A stretch of 57,910 nucleotides of DNA from Candidatus Aenigmatarchaeota archaeon (GTDB lineage Archaea > Aenigmatarchaeota > Aenigmatarchaeia > GW2011-AR5): contig JAZDNV010000031.1 of assembly GCA_043799385.1 (NCBI GenBank), positions 1 to 57,910 of the forward strand. Direction: 5' to 3'. This document shows positions 1 through 9,306 of this stretch, in pieces. The notes below the pieces were generated by a model, which worked only from the letters and a program-made list of their open reading frames with translations, had not been told where the DNA came from and did not search any database. The number at the start of each line of letters is the position of its first letter. The stretch's first letter is position 1. The position numbers and the translations under genes are program-made.

Positions 1-3
1 GAT

Positions 4-531
4 ATGCTGGAGATAATCAAGAAGAGAAGAAGCATCCGCACATACAAGGGCAAGCCGCTCTCAAAGGAGATAATAGATTCTCTGCTGGAAGCTGCGAAGC
101 ATGCGCCTTCGGCAAGGAACTTGCAGCAGCTGGAATACAAAGTTATTACAAACAAGGCTCTAATCAGAAAAATGTCGGACAGAATCATTGCTATAGCAAA
201 AAAAGAGAACCCGAATATAGCATTGAGGGCTTTGCCCGACCCGATATTCTATAATGCCCCTTTACTGGTAGTAATCACAGGTTCGGCAGACAATGAGTGG
301 ATTAACTATGATGCGGCAATCGCAGCCGAGAATATGATGCTCTACGCAACATCTATAGATTTAGGGACATGCTTCATAGGAAGGTCCGTGCACATAAACA
401 AGGACAAAGAATTATTGGACGAACTCCGCGTCGCAGATGGCAAGAAAGTCGTGGCAGCTGTAGTTTGCGGGTACGCTGATGAAGAGCCACAAGAAAGAGA
501 GAAAAAAATGAGTGCAGAGTTCTTTAAGTAA
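4..531 (+). CDS. Nitroreductase family protein
   Basis: N-terminal KRRSIRTY, APSARNLQ and GTCFIG motifs typical of the FMN-dependent nitroreductase fold. Confidence 0.9.
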   Translation: MLEIIKKRRSIRTYKGKPLSKEIIDSLLEAAKHAPSARNLQQLEYKVITNKALIRKMSDRIIAIAKKENPNIALRALPDPIFYNAPLLVVITGSADNEWINYDAAIAAENMMLYATSIDLGTCFIGRSVHINKDKELLDELRVADGKKVVAAVVCGYADEEPQEREKKMSAEFFK

Positions 532-534
532 AAA

Positions 535-542
535 TTTATATT
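535..542 (+). promoter_or_regulatory. Putative TATA box, probable leaderless transcript of the Cys-rich protein
   Basis: TTTATATT about 22 nt upstream of ATG 564, no SD; same geometry as 5290-5297. Confidence 0.35.
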
Positions 543-563
543 ACCCTATGCAATAATAATAAC

Positions 564-3500
564 ATGAATAGGCTTGTGATTGCATTATTCTTTATGCTCC
601 TCGTTAATCTCTCCTTCGCCTGCGATTCGTGTTTGATAAGAAATGTTAAATGTCCGCCGACTGTTATGGCTGGCCAGAGCTTTTTAATCAATTTCGATTT
701 CTACGGAACAGGCCCGGACTTCGCTTATGAGACTCGTTCTTTGTGGATTGGCAACAAGAAGATTGATTGTCACTATGGCAGCGATGAAGCGAATTGCCAA
801 TGGAATTCTGATTCGTTCATCGCCACAGCGCCAACTAAACCAGGGACATATGAATACACGGTCAAGTGCTACGGCGCTGACTCTGCATCGAGCGAGTATT
901 GCAGCTACGCTCCGGACGATGCAAAGACGTGCACGGTGAAAGTTGTTTCTAATCTTGCTTCAATGATGTGCTGTTGTGACTTTGATTGCGTTGTATATGA
1001 TTCTGCTTGTTGTTATACACCTGCCCCAGAGCCACCGCCTTATGAGCCACCCCCTGCGCCTACGCCTTCACCATCACCAGATCCATATGACTGCGGTTCT
1101 TTTGGTATGGTTATGTGCCCAGACGGCCAGTGCCATAGCGTATGCCCTAGTCAACAGCCAGATCCATATGACTGCGGTTCTTTTGGTATGGTTATGTGCC
1201 CAGACGGCCAGTGTCATAGCGTGTGCCCTAGCAGTTGTGACCCGCTGTGCGGAATATATCCAAGCTGCCATGAATGCAGACCAATATCTTACTGCGGCGA
1301 CAGCAACTGCGATTCAGACGAGAACCAGTATTCATGTCCGTCAGATTGCAGAAGCAGCACATGCCAGTGGCAAGGATGCGAAAGCTGCTGCACAGCGAGC
1401 GCATGCGAGTGCAGCTTTGATGCGTGCTGGTGCAAAAGTACCTGCACACCTAACTGCGCAGGCAAGGCTTGCGGCGCCAGCGATGATTGTGGAGGAACGT
1501 GCGATAATGGTTATTGTTCTTCAGGAACTTGCTCGAACGGGAGATGCACAAGCGGTAGCAGCGAATGCAGCGGATGCTCTGATGCGTGCTGCGTCTGCGA
1601 TGACTGGGGTACAGGTGGGTGCTGGTGCGACACTACTCGGCAAGGATGTTCTGGAACCGACTGCGGCAACGGCAACTGCGAATCAGGAGAAAATACAGTC
1701 AACTGCCCGCAGGATTGCAAGAGCGGTTGCACCTACAGCTGGGAGTGCCCAGGAAGCCAAGTCTGCAGGAGCGGTCAATGCATAGACGAATGCACACCGC
1801 AATGCTCAGGAAAAGAATGCGGCGATGACGGTTGCGGCGGAAGTTGTGGAACATGCTCGTCAGGAACGTGTTCTTATGCTGGAAGATGTACTGGTGGCAC
1901 ATGCCAGTGGCAAGGATGCGAAAGCTGCTGCAATGCAAACGATTGCAAATGTGATTTTGATTCGTGCTATTGTAAAAGTAGCAGTGGCAGCGGATGCAGT
2001 AGTGACTGCCTTCCGGGTTGCTGCGAATACAACGACCCTATGTACGGCGGAGACGGAGGTTACGTTTGCGATACCTGGGCGAAAAAATGCAAACCAGGCG
2101 AAAGCGGCTATACGTGCGAAGAATTAGGCCAGTGCGGAACCCAGCCAAATTGTAAGCAATGCTGCACACCAAAATGCGATAACAAGGAATGCGGAGATGA
2201 CGGCTGCGGTGGCTTGTGCGGTTCGTGCAATTTTGGAACGTGTGATAGCAGCGGTAAGTGCAAGGAAGACGAAGACTGCGAAAAATGCAAAGGTACGAGT
2301 GGATTATGGTCAGAATTTGCAAGTATGGTATCCGGACCGTTGGAATTGCCAGAAGGTCAAACATGCCCAGTAAAGTGTGCCCCAGAAAAGTGCGTGACAA
2401 AAAACAATAAATGTGAGGACACTAAGGAATGCTGCGCTGGTTTGGAATGTCGTAGACTTTATCATCAATGCCTTGACCCAGACGAAAAGTCTTGCATACA
2501 CAAAGGCTATAGTTGTGATTCTGCTAGAGATAAATGTTGTAGCGGTCTTGAATGCGCTACAGGCGGTAAATATAAATATTCATGTTTGGAACCGACAGCC
2601 AATGTAAAGGACGATTGTACGCTTAAAGGGATGGATTATGACAAAGACAAAAATGAATGCATTCCTAAGAAAAATGAACCAGTCAAGTGCAAAGAAGACT
2701 GCAAAGCGAAAGGAGATATAGTCGGTTCAAACGGCCAGACGTACGGATATCGATGCTGTTCTGAATCTAATTGCGAAGACGCGACAGGGCAGTGCGTTCT
2801 GGACCTCAAAAGCCAGCACTGTGTTGATGCTGGTTGTGAAGCGGAGTGTAAATCAGACTACAAATCTGGAGGCAAATGCAATAAAGATACAAATGCATGC
2901 GTATGCACCGCGGGCACAACATCGTGCGCGCACGGAGGAAGCAAATATTCAAAGACAACTCCATGCTGTGCCGGTTTCAAGCCGTGCTCAAATGGCGAAT
3001 GTCTGATTGTATGCAAAGATGATGAGAAAACAATGGCTGCAAAGTGCGACCCGGCGTGTGGAGACGACCAGGAATGTAAAGAGGTCAGCAAAGGTATTTT
3101 CAAATGCGATAAAAAGGCGAAGGCCAAAGCACAATGCCAGAACGACGATGGTTGTCCAGAAGGTCAACGATGCATCCCGATAACAGGCGAGTGTGTAGCT
3201 CTGCCTAGAACAGGTACTGGCACTGGTGGAGGTGGCGGTACCGGAGGCGGCGGAACAGGAGGTGGAGGCACCCAACCAGCGTGCAACAACAACGGCCGCT
3301 GCGACACAGGAGAAACGACAGCAAATTGCCCGCGTGACTGCCCTGCAGCAGCTACGTGCGAAAGCAACAGTTGCAGTCCGTGCATTGCAGGCTCGACATG
3401 CGGTTGGTGCATGAGTGCAGGTCGCTGCATGGCAGGAGACAGGAACGGACCAAGCTCAGGCAGTTGCACTGGCTGGGTATGGAAAACAAAAGAGGAATGC

Positions 3501-5264
3501 GAAGCCGAGAAGCCAATAACTACAACATGCAACAAGCGAACCGTATCCAAGGACGAGGCTACGCTGACAATCGGCAAAGACTGGAAGAGCGCATCGGGCA
3601 CGCTGACTGCGACGGATACAAAGAGATACAAGTTCTTCGCATCAGGAGGCGTTCATAACTTTTCGTTCTGTTCCGATGACAAGGGAAGCGCTGAATTCAA
3701 TTCATACTTATGCCTGTTCGACAAGGACGGGAAAGAGCTGGTATCCAACGATGATTCATGCGACAAGAACGCCAAGATTTCATATGAAATACCTTCTTCT
3801 GGAACATATTACATACAGGTTTCCGGTGAAGGAACTGGAAAGTACGACTTGTCTTACAGGAATGATTTTGACTTTGGAATAGATGTTGATTCATCCACAG
3901 GAGCAGTCGCCCGTGACGGCATTACTGCTGTAGGCGTTACTGTGAAACTATTGAGCGGTGCCGCACAGCCAGTCAGTCTTTCATCGTCTGCTCCAGCTGG
4001 GTTGAATGTCAAGTTCACGGATGAGAAGTTAACCCCTACGGCTGAAGGCGCTAAGACAAACATGAATATAATGGCGTCAGACAAGGCGATATCAGGAACC
4101 ATCACAGTCAAGGCAAAGGCAGGGGACAATACTAAAGAAGTCAACTACAAGTTAGGGGTCGACAACTGTGACCTGTCTGACATCAGTTGTGAAAAGGCGT
4201 ATGACTTTGGCTCAAAGGGCGGGACCAAGGCAAGCATGTGCGGAAAGAACCAGCGGTATAAAGTTACTGTTGCAGGCGAGGGTTGCACACTGACGTGGGC
4301 ATTAGAGGACGACGACAAGTCGGATTATGACCTTTATGTTGAATGGACTGACAAGAATTGCATGTCAGAAGTGGTTAACTTTGACTGCAAACCAAACTCC
4401 AGGGGTGACAAGGAGGAATGCACCAAGGAGCTAGCGACAGGAACCTATTATGCATACGTGAAGTACAATTCAGGAACAGGAGCCTATAAAATAACGGCTA
4501 GCATGAAATGCTCTGCTGCCAAAAAGGCAATCTACAACGTTCCTATAGCCTCGCAATTCGATCCGATTGCCTATTCACTAGACCCATCAGATGCTAAGGA
4601 ATTGATGGTTAGCGAAGTCGATGTGAACGTGAATGAAATCATCAATGACGTGGAACTCGTAGTCATGGGAATATCTGCTCTGCCAGAGCACGTTAAAGAA
4701 CTGTCATACAAATATGTTGACATAGACACGAATATTTATCCTGAGAACATCGTTGGCGCAAAAATCAGATTCATTGTTGGCAAGAATTGGGTTAAGGAGA
4801 ATGACATCGATATAGATAAAATAGCCATGCAGAGATACGCTGACGGCAAATGGAATAAGCTACCTACAACGTTAGTGGGTGAGGATTACTTATTTTACTT
4901 CTTTGAGGCAGAGTCGCCTGGATTTTCAATCTTCGCGATAACAGCAGATGCAGAATCTGGTTTACCGTCAGATGAAGAACCTCCAGCTGAAGAATCAGCT
5001 GAAGAGCCATCGACAGAACTCGTATCGTGCCCGCACGAGTGTTGCATGTACGAAGTGAATTACGAGGACAAGTACTGCAACGACGGCTATGAATGCAGCG
5101 AGAACAAATGCGTAATTTCTGCCAGTAAAACAGAAGATTACACATTAATCGGCATCGTTGGTGCTTTTGTTGCAATCGCATTAGCAGCGATATACGTCTG
5201 GTTCAGGAAGAGCGAGGAAACTAGAATCAAAAGGATATCACGGCTGCATTCCTTCCGTATATAA
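564..5264 (+). CDS. Giant Cys-rich cell-surface protein (signal peptide, Cys-rich repeats, PSI-like, 2x PPC-like, PGF-pre-PGF-like domain, C-terminal TM anchor)
   Basis: Hydrophobic N-terminus; CTPxCxxKxCGxDxCGGxC and CGD/NGxCxxxExxxxCPxDC repeats; CGWC (PSI); DYDLYV...GTYYAYV (PPC); ESPGFSIFAIT (PGF-pre-PGF); TM followed by basic tail. Confidence 0.85.
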   Translation: MNRLVIALFFMLLVNLSFACDSCLIRNVKCPPTVMAGQSFLINFDFYGTGPDFAYETRSLWIGNKKIDCHYGSDEANCQWNSDSFIATAPTKPGTYEYTVKCYGADSASSEYCSYAPDDAKTCTVKVVSNLASMMCCCDFDCVVYDSACCYTPAPEPPPYEPPPAPTPSPSPDPYDCGSFGMVMCPDGQCHSVCPSQQPDPYDCGSFGMVMCPDGQCHSVCPSSCDPLCGIYPSCHECRPISYCGDSNCDSDENQYSCPSDCRSSTCQWQGCESCCTASACECSFDACWCKSTCTPNCAGKACGASDDCGGTCDNGYCSSGTCSNGRCTSGSSECSGCSDACCVCDDWGTGGCWCDTTRQGCSGTDCGNGNCESGENTVNCPQDCKSGCTYSWECPGSQVCRSGQCIDECTPQCSGKECGDDGCGGSCGTCSSGTCSYAGRCTGGTCQWQGCESCCNANDCKCDFDSCYCKSSSGSGCSSDCLPGCCEYNDPMYGGDGGYVCDTWAKKCKPGESGYTCEELGQCGTQPNCKQCCTPKCDNKECGDDGCGGLCGSCNFGTCDSSGKCKEDEDCEKCKGTSGLWSEFASMVSGPLELPEGQTCPVKCAPEKCVTKNNKCEDTKECCAGLECRRLYHQCLDPDEKSCIHKGYSCDSARDKCCSGLECATGGKYKYSCLEPTANVKDDCTLKGMDYDKDKNECIPKKNEPVKCKEDCKAKGDIVGSNGQTYGYRCCSESNCEDATGQCVLDLKSQHCVDAGCEAECKSDYKSGGKCNKDTNACVCTAGTTSCAHGGSKYSKTTPCCAGFKPCSNGECLIVCKDDEKTMAAKCDPACGDDQECKEVSKGIFKCDKKAKAKAQCQNDDGCPEGQRCIPITGECVALPRTGTGTGGGGGTGGGGTGGGGTQPACNNNGRCDTGETTANCPRDCPAAATCESNSCSPCIAGSTCGWCMSAGRCMAGDRNGPSSGSCTGWVWKTKEECEAEKPITTTCNKRTVSKDEATLTIGKDWKSASGTLTATDTKRYKFFASGGVHNFSFCSDDKGSAEFNSYLCLFDKDGKELVSNDDSCDKNAKISYEIPSSGTYYIQVSGEGTGKYDLSYRNDFDFGIDVDSSTGAVARDGITAVGVTVKLLSGAAQPVSLSSSAPAGLNVKFTDEKLTPTAEGAKTNMNIMASDKAISGTITVKAKAGDNTKEVNYKLGVDNCDLSDISCEKAYDFGSKGGTKASMCGKNQRYKVTVAGEGCTLTWALEDDDKSDYDLYVEWTDKNCMSEVVNFDCKPNSRGDKEECTKELATGTYYAYVKYNSGTGAYKITASMKCSAAKKAIYNVPIASQFDPIAYSLDPSDAKELMVSEVDVNVNEIINDVELVVMGISALPEHVKELSYKYVDIDTNIYPENIVGAKIRFIVGKNWVKENDIDIDKIAMQRYADGKWNKLPTTLVGEDYLFYFFEAESPGFSIFAITADAESGLPSDEEPPAEESAEEPSTELVSCPHECCMYEVNYEDKYCNDGYECSENKCVISASKTEDYTLIGIVGAFVAIALAAIYVWFRKSEETRIKRISRLHSFRI
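1077..1231 (+). repeat. Intragenic duplication, 74-bp unit, 81-bp period (PDPYDCGSFGMVMCPDGQCHSVCPS x2)
   Basis: 1077-1150 vs 1158-1231 differ at only 2 synonymous positions. Confidence 0.95.
1357..1932 (+). repeat. Dispersed 36-bp exact repeat (TCQWQGCESCC) at 1357-1392 and 1897-1932
   Basis: GCACATGCCAGTGGCAAGGATGCGAAAGCTGCTGCA occurs twice, 540 bp apart, in frame. Confidence 0.9.
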
Positions 5265-5289
5265 GTTATAGTGTTTAGTTCTCACAAAT

Positions 5290-5297
5290 TTTATATA
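5290..5297 (+). promoter_or_regulatory. Putative TATA box
   Basis: TTTATATA about 22 nt upstream of ATG 5320. Confidence 0.4.
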
Positions 5298-5319
5298 CAG
5301 TGCATTACAATAGAATTAC

Positions 5320-8300
5320 ATGAACAAGGCAATTCTGTTACTTGTTGCAGTACTTTACTCCCTCAGCATTGCAGCTGCGGTGCCCGTTGTGACGATAATG
5401 TCTCCGGCAAACACAACATACGTCGCTTCTTCAATAGATTTTAACGTTTCACTTAGCGAAGAAGGCAGCTCGTGCAGGTTCGTGTATGATAAAACGTGGT
5501 TTGAATCTTCCTTTCGTTACAGGAAACCGATAACAATAACGAATACGGCTGAGGACCTGACGAATTACCAGGTTGCGATAAACATAACAGAGGCATTGTA
5601 CAACAATAAGTTGCTAGTCGGAAGCTGGCATTTTTCTGAGGCTAGTGGAAATCGTTCAGTCGATCTATCAGGTTACGGCAACGATGGAATATGCACGAAC
5701 ATGCCGAACCTGAACTGCAATCGGATAGCAGGAAAGTCCGGCAACGGCGTTATGTTTGACGGCGAGAATGATTATGTTTACCTCAGCAATCCGGCGGCGC
5801 TCGCAATCAGCAACACATTCACAGTTGAGTTATGGCTAAAAGCGTTGCTCAATCAGGCCGATTATTTTTACCCAATTTCACACGGGCACACCAGTAAAGA
5901 GGGATGGGCGTTGCAGGGAAACGGCAGCACGGGAAAGATAACTGTTATCATGAACGGTGGTTGTTCAAAAACATTTTCAACGTCAGTTAGCGACAACATC
6001 TGGCACCATCTCGTCAGCGTAAAGAATACGACGGGAACATACCTGTTCATGGACGGCGTTCTTGACGGAAGCTGTGATGGCGGCGGCGATGTTGTGAATG
6101 TGACCAAATGGAACGTAACTATAGGAAACGACAAAACAACTGATAAAGATAGGCCTTTCAACGGTACAATGGATGAAGTCAGGATTTATAATCGTTCGCT
6201 GACCGCTCAGGAGATAGCGGATCGTTACAACGCAGTTAAGGGGCGTTTGGATTACGCTGATGTGAGGTTCAGTTATTATGTTTCATCGTCGGGCAGCGAA
6301 ACGCAGCTGAACTACTGGCTTGAAAACGAAAAACAGGTATGGCTCAACGTAACGTCGCTGCCAGGCAATAAAGAGACATTAGTATACATGTACTATGGGA
6401 ATCCGTCCGCAACTTCGCCATCCGATGTTGAAAAAACCTTCGAGTTCTTTGATGATTTTACCGGAACTACGATAAACACAGCAAAATGGAACGAGAATGA
6501 TGCAGGAGAGTATATTTCGCAAGGCAACATGATAATAATAACTAACGGCCAGGGAACATGGGACAGCACTACAATGTTCACTGACGCCGACTTCAGCTTC
6601 GGGAACATTGAATTGACGTTCAAGATAAAACCGATGTGCCAACGCGGCACGACGTACAAAGAAACCACGATGGTCGGCTGGAAAAACAAAGGAACAGGCA
6701 ATAGTTATACAGACATGCCCCATGCAATATACTTCACCGAGCAAGCGGGAGCAAACACCGTGAGCATATATGAAGACGGAATAAAAAAATGGAGCGGCGG
6801 AACTTTCGTCTGCGGTACTCAATATTGGGGAAAGATAAAATTGAAATCAGCCGGAGCTGACTACTACATCAGCACAGACGGCGCTAATTGGAATAATCTG
6901 TATACAGGAACATCTTCAAATGAAGCTCCGCTAAAGGTCGGTTTTACCCACTATCAGGGCGGTGACACTTATATTGATGATTTCTTAATACGCAAATATG
7001 CCTCAGCAGAGCCTTCTGTGGCAATTGGAAATGAGGAACAACTTATCCCGATGACAAAGTTCAATTTAACATATTTCAATCATACAGCGTCAGTTGGCGG
7101 CGGCTACCATCATGTAACGTTCTATTGCACCGACACAGGCGCAAATATTGTAAATACAGTCAAAAGATATTTCACGGTCAATCCGCCGTTCATAACAGTA
7201 ATATCGCCGGCTAATGCAACTCTTGGAGTATCAACGATAGACTTCAACCTCTCGCTTGGCGAAAAAGCGAACTGGTGCGACATAAGCATAGACGGGGTGT
7301 CAAGAACAAACATGACAAAGCTAAACAGCACCTACTTCACAATTATCAGGACGTTGCCAGACGGTTTTCACAACGTTACGTTCTACTGCAATGACACAAA
7401 CGGCATGGTTGACGTCACTAGGCGTTATTTCACCATAAATGCCAGATACCCGATGATATCGTACAACCCAGGCACCACTTTATCCGGAGGCCCTTTAAAC
7501 AATGTATTCATAAACGTGTCAGTCATCGATAATAATATAGATAAAGTCGGATACTCGTGGAACAACGTCAACTACACGGTGTGGGATGAAATAAAGGGAA
7601 CAGATTACTGGGTTTACAAGACGCTGGCGATGAACGGAACATACTCCTTCTATGCATGGGTCAACGACACTACTGGCAACATGAACATAACTGAAACCCG
7701 TTCAGTAACAAAGGGTCAGCTATGCAAAGGCGCGTCTATAAAAGTGACAGCGATTGACGTGGCATCAATCGAAAGGAAGGTAACAGTTACAGTGTACAAT
7801 GACGGAGAGTCAGACGGCTTGGAGATAAAATCTGCATACATTTACGACAATAACGGAAAAAAATTCTCTGCATCCGGTTTGCCGTTATACGGTTTTGACA
7901 GGCTGAAAAGCAAAGTTGTTGTCTTTGATGACGTTGAAATAATCAACTGCAACGATTTTTCAAAGATAGAGGTTACAACCAACTGCAAAGATATTTCCGT
8001 GTCATCCAAAGAAAATTGCATCGATAAAAAGCCTGATGTAAGAATTGAGATAAGCAACAAGGCGGTTGCAGGCGATGATATAATAGTCTCAATCAAGAAT
8101 CTTGGAAAAGAATCGCTGTCGTCAAAATGGGTGAAGGTTTACGTTGATGATGTTGAAAAAGAGTGCTCGCAGGAATTTACAATAGAGCCTGACAATAAAG
8201 CAGATTGCAGAATAACGCACAAATGCTCTGGGGTAGTTGCATTTAAGGTTGTCGGTCCGCAAAACCAGGACGAGACTGAAATAGAATGCGGGAATGCGAT

Positions 8301-8715
8301 AAAAATCGAGACAAAGATATGCAGCGACAAGAAATGCAGCCAAGAGTTAGCAATCGTTAACGTCGGTCAGTCGATATACATAAACGCTGAAACCGATGCC
8401 ACCGTAAAGGGCGCTACGATGAAAACGCCTGGCGGCGACAGCAGAACTGTGAATCTCGATTCACCGGTAACCCTTGATGCAGGTCCGGGCAGATATGAAA
8501 TAACTATAGATTTGGAGAAAGGAGAACTTAAGGACAAGAAAATAATTTCTATAGAAGCAGTTGAGTCTGCGGAAGGCTTTCTTAACCTGTTCAACTTCGT
8601 AGTGCTCGCAATAGTCGTCGCAGTATTGATAGTAGTCTACATTTGGTTCAGGAAGAATGAGGATGAGAAGATAATCGGGATAATATCGAAAAAGAAGATG
8701 GCACTTAAGAGGTAG
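5320..8715 (+). CDS. Large surface protein with DUF2341-like, LamG/ConA-like and Ig-like domains, C-terminal TM anchor
   Basis: Signal peptide; WHHLVSV...LFMDG and FNGTMDEVRIYNRSL (LamG); YRKPITI...VYMYYGNP (DUF2341); many NxT/S sequons; TM then WFRK tail. Confidence 0.85.
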   Translation: MNKAILLLVAVLYSLSIAAAVPVVTIMSPANTTYVASSIDFNVSLSEEGSSCRFVYDKTWFESSFRYRKPITITNTAEDLTNYQVAINITEALYNNKLLVGSWHFSEASGNRSVDLSGYGNDGICTNMPNLNCNRIAGKSGNGVMFDGENDYVYLSNPAALAISNTFTVELWLKALLNQADYFYPISHGHTSKEGWALQGNGSTGKITVIMNGGCSKTFSTSVSDNIWHHLVSVKNTTGTYLFMDGVLDGSCDGGGDVVNVTKWNVTIGNDKTTDKDRPFNGTMDEVRIYNRSLTAQEIADRYNAVKGRLDYADVRFSYYVSSSGSETQLNYWLENEKQVWLNVTSLPGNKETLVYMYYGNPSATSPSDVEKTFEFFDDFTGTTINTAKWNENDAGEYISQGNMIIITNGQGTWDSTTMFTDADFSFGNIELTFKIKPMCQRGTTYKETTMVGWKNKGTGNSYTDMPHAIYFTEQAGANTVSIYEDGIKKWSGGTFVCGTQYWGKIKLKSAGADYYISTDGANWNNLYTGTSSNEAPLKVGFTHYQGGDTYIDDFLIRKYASAEPSVAIGNEEQLIPMTKFNLTYFNHTASVGGGYHHVTFYCTDTGANIVNTVKRYFTVNPPFITVISPANATLGVSTIDFNLSLGEKANWCDISIDGVSRTNMTKLNSTYFTIIRTLPDGFHNVTFYCNDTNGMVDVTRRYFTINARYPMISYNPGTTLSGGPLNNVFINVSVIDNNIDKVGYSWNNVNYTVWDEIKGTDYWVYKTLAMNGTYSFYAWVNDTTGNMNITETRSVTKGQLCKGASIKVTAIDVASIERKVTVTVYNDGESDGLEIKSAYIYDNNGKKFSASGLPLYGFDRLKSKVVVFDDVEIINCNDFSKIEVTTNCKDISVSSKENCIDKKPDVRIEISNKAVAGDDIIVSIKNLGKESLSSKWVKVYVDDVEKECSQEFTIEPDNKADCRITHKCSGVVAFKVVGPQNQDETEIECGNAIKIETKICSDKKCSQELAIVNVGQSIYINAETDATVKGATMKTPGGDSRTVNLDSPVTLDAGPGRYEITIDLEKGELKDKKIISIEAVESAEGFLNLFNFVVLAIVVAVLIVVYIWFRKNEDEKIIGIISKKKMALKR

Positions 8716-8763
8716 CTGTTTTTTTAAAGCATATTAAAATTTAATGTTAATATCTTATGGTAA

Positions 8764-8848
8764 GGGCTGGTAGATCAACGGTACGAAAGCGCTATAGATC
8801 GCTTGCATGGCATGCAAGAAGTTGTGCGTTCAAATCGCGCCCAGTCCA
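8764..8848 (+). tRNA. tRNA-Ala(GGC) with ~13-nt D-loop insertion (probable non-canonical intron)
   Basis: Acceptor GGGCTGG/CCAGTCC with G3:U70 Ala determinant; anticodon arm CTTGC-ATGGCAT-GCAAG; T-arm GTGCG-TTCAAAT-CGCGC; extra CGAAAGCGCTATA (~8784-8796) in D-loop. Confidence 0.9.
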
Positions 8849-8877
8849 TTTTTAAAGTTTTGTTCCTTGGTTTTGGT

Positions 8878-9294
8878 ATGAAGCATGAAGATAAACTTAG
8901 TCTCGAAGAGGCGACATTCAGGGGCATGCCTGTTTCATTTGATGAAGCGCTGTCAGATGTACCTGATTTTGCAAAATTCTTAAGAGAAAAATATGCCGAC
9001 AGGATTACAGTCGGTAAATATCACAGAAGCGGCGCTTTCTGCTGCGGTGACGTTGAAACGACATTCCCGTTGCTGCTCGGTGCTGAACAGATTGGCATAT
9101 ATACCCGCATCTCGACTATTGACGGTCTTCAGGCAGAGTATAAAGGGAGAATCCCAGGAGTTTACGACGAAGAGATAGCATTGAAGGCGGACGATGACTT
9201 TGGAAGAATGGATAAATATACTGACATACCATTTAACACATCTCATTATATAAGAAAAATGGAAATTTTAAAAGATATAAAGCAAATTAATTAG
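8878..9294 (+). CDS. Hypothetical protein (start moved to ATG 8878)
   Basis: Track ORF 8803 overlaps tRNA-Ala; MKHEDKL start lies just downstream of the tRNA; no recognisable family. Confidence 0.6.
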   Translation: MKHEDKLSLEEATFRGMPVSFDEALSDVPDFAKFLREKYADRITVGKYHRSGAFCCGDVETTFPLLLGAEQIGIYTRISTIDGLQAEYKGRIPGVYDEEIALKADDDFGRMDKYTDIPFNTSHYIRKMEILKDIKQIN

Positions 9295-9306
9295 AATAGT
9301 GGTTAT

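Noticed and set aside
1077-1932. Near-identical repeats as a possible DGR TR/VR pair or CRISPR array
   Set aside because: The two differences are synonymous (C/T and A/G), there is no reverse transcriptase in the window, and the repeats are in-frame coding modules without spacers
727-2607. Long alternative-frame and antisense ORFs over the Cys-rich gene (and similar shadow ORFs elsewhere)
   Set aside because: By-products of TGC/TGT-rich coding; low-complexity translations with no starts, SDs or motifs
8803-8877. Track ORF start at 8803
   Set aside because: Overlaps the tRNA-Ala gene; ATG 8878 is the plausible start
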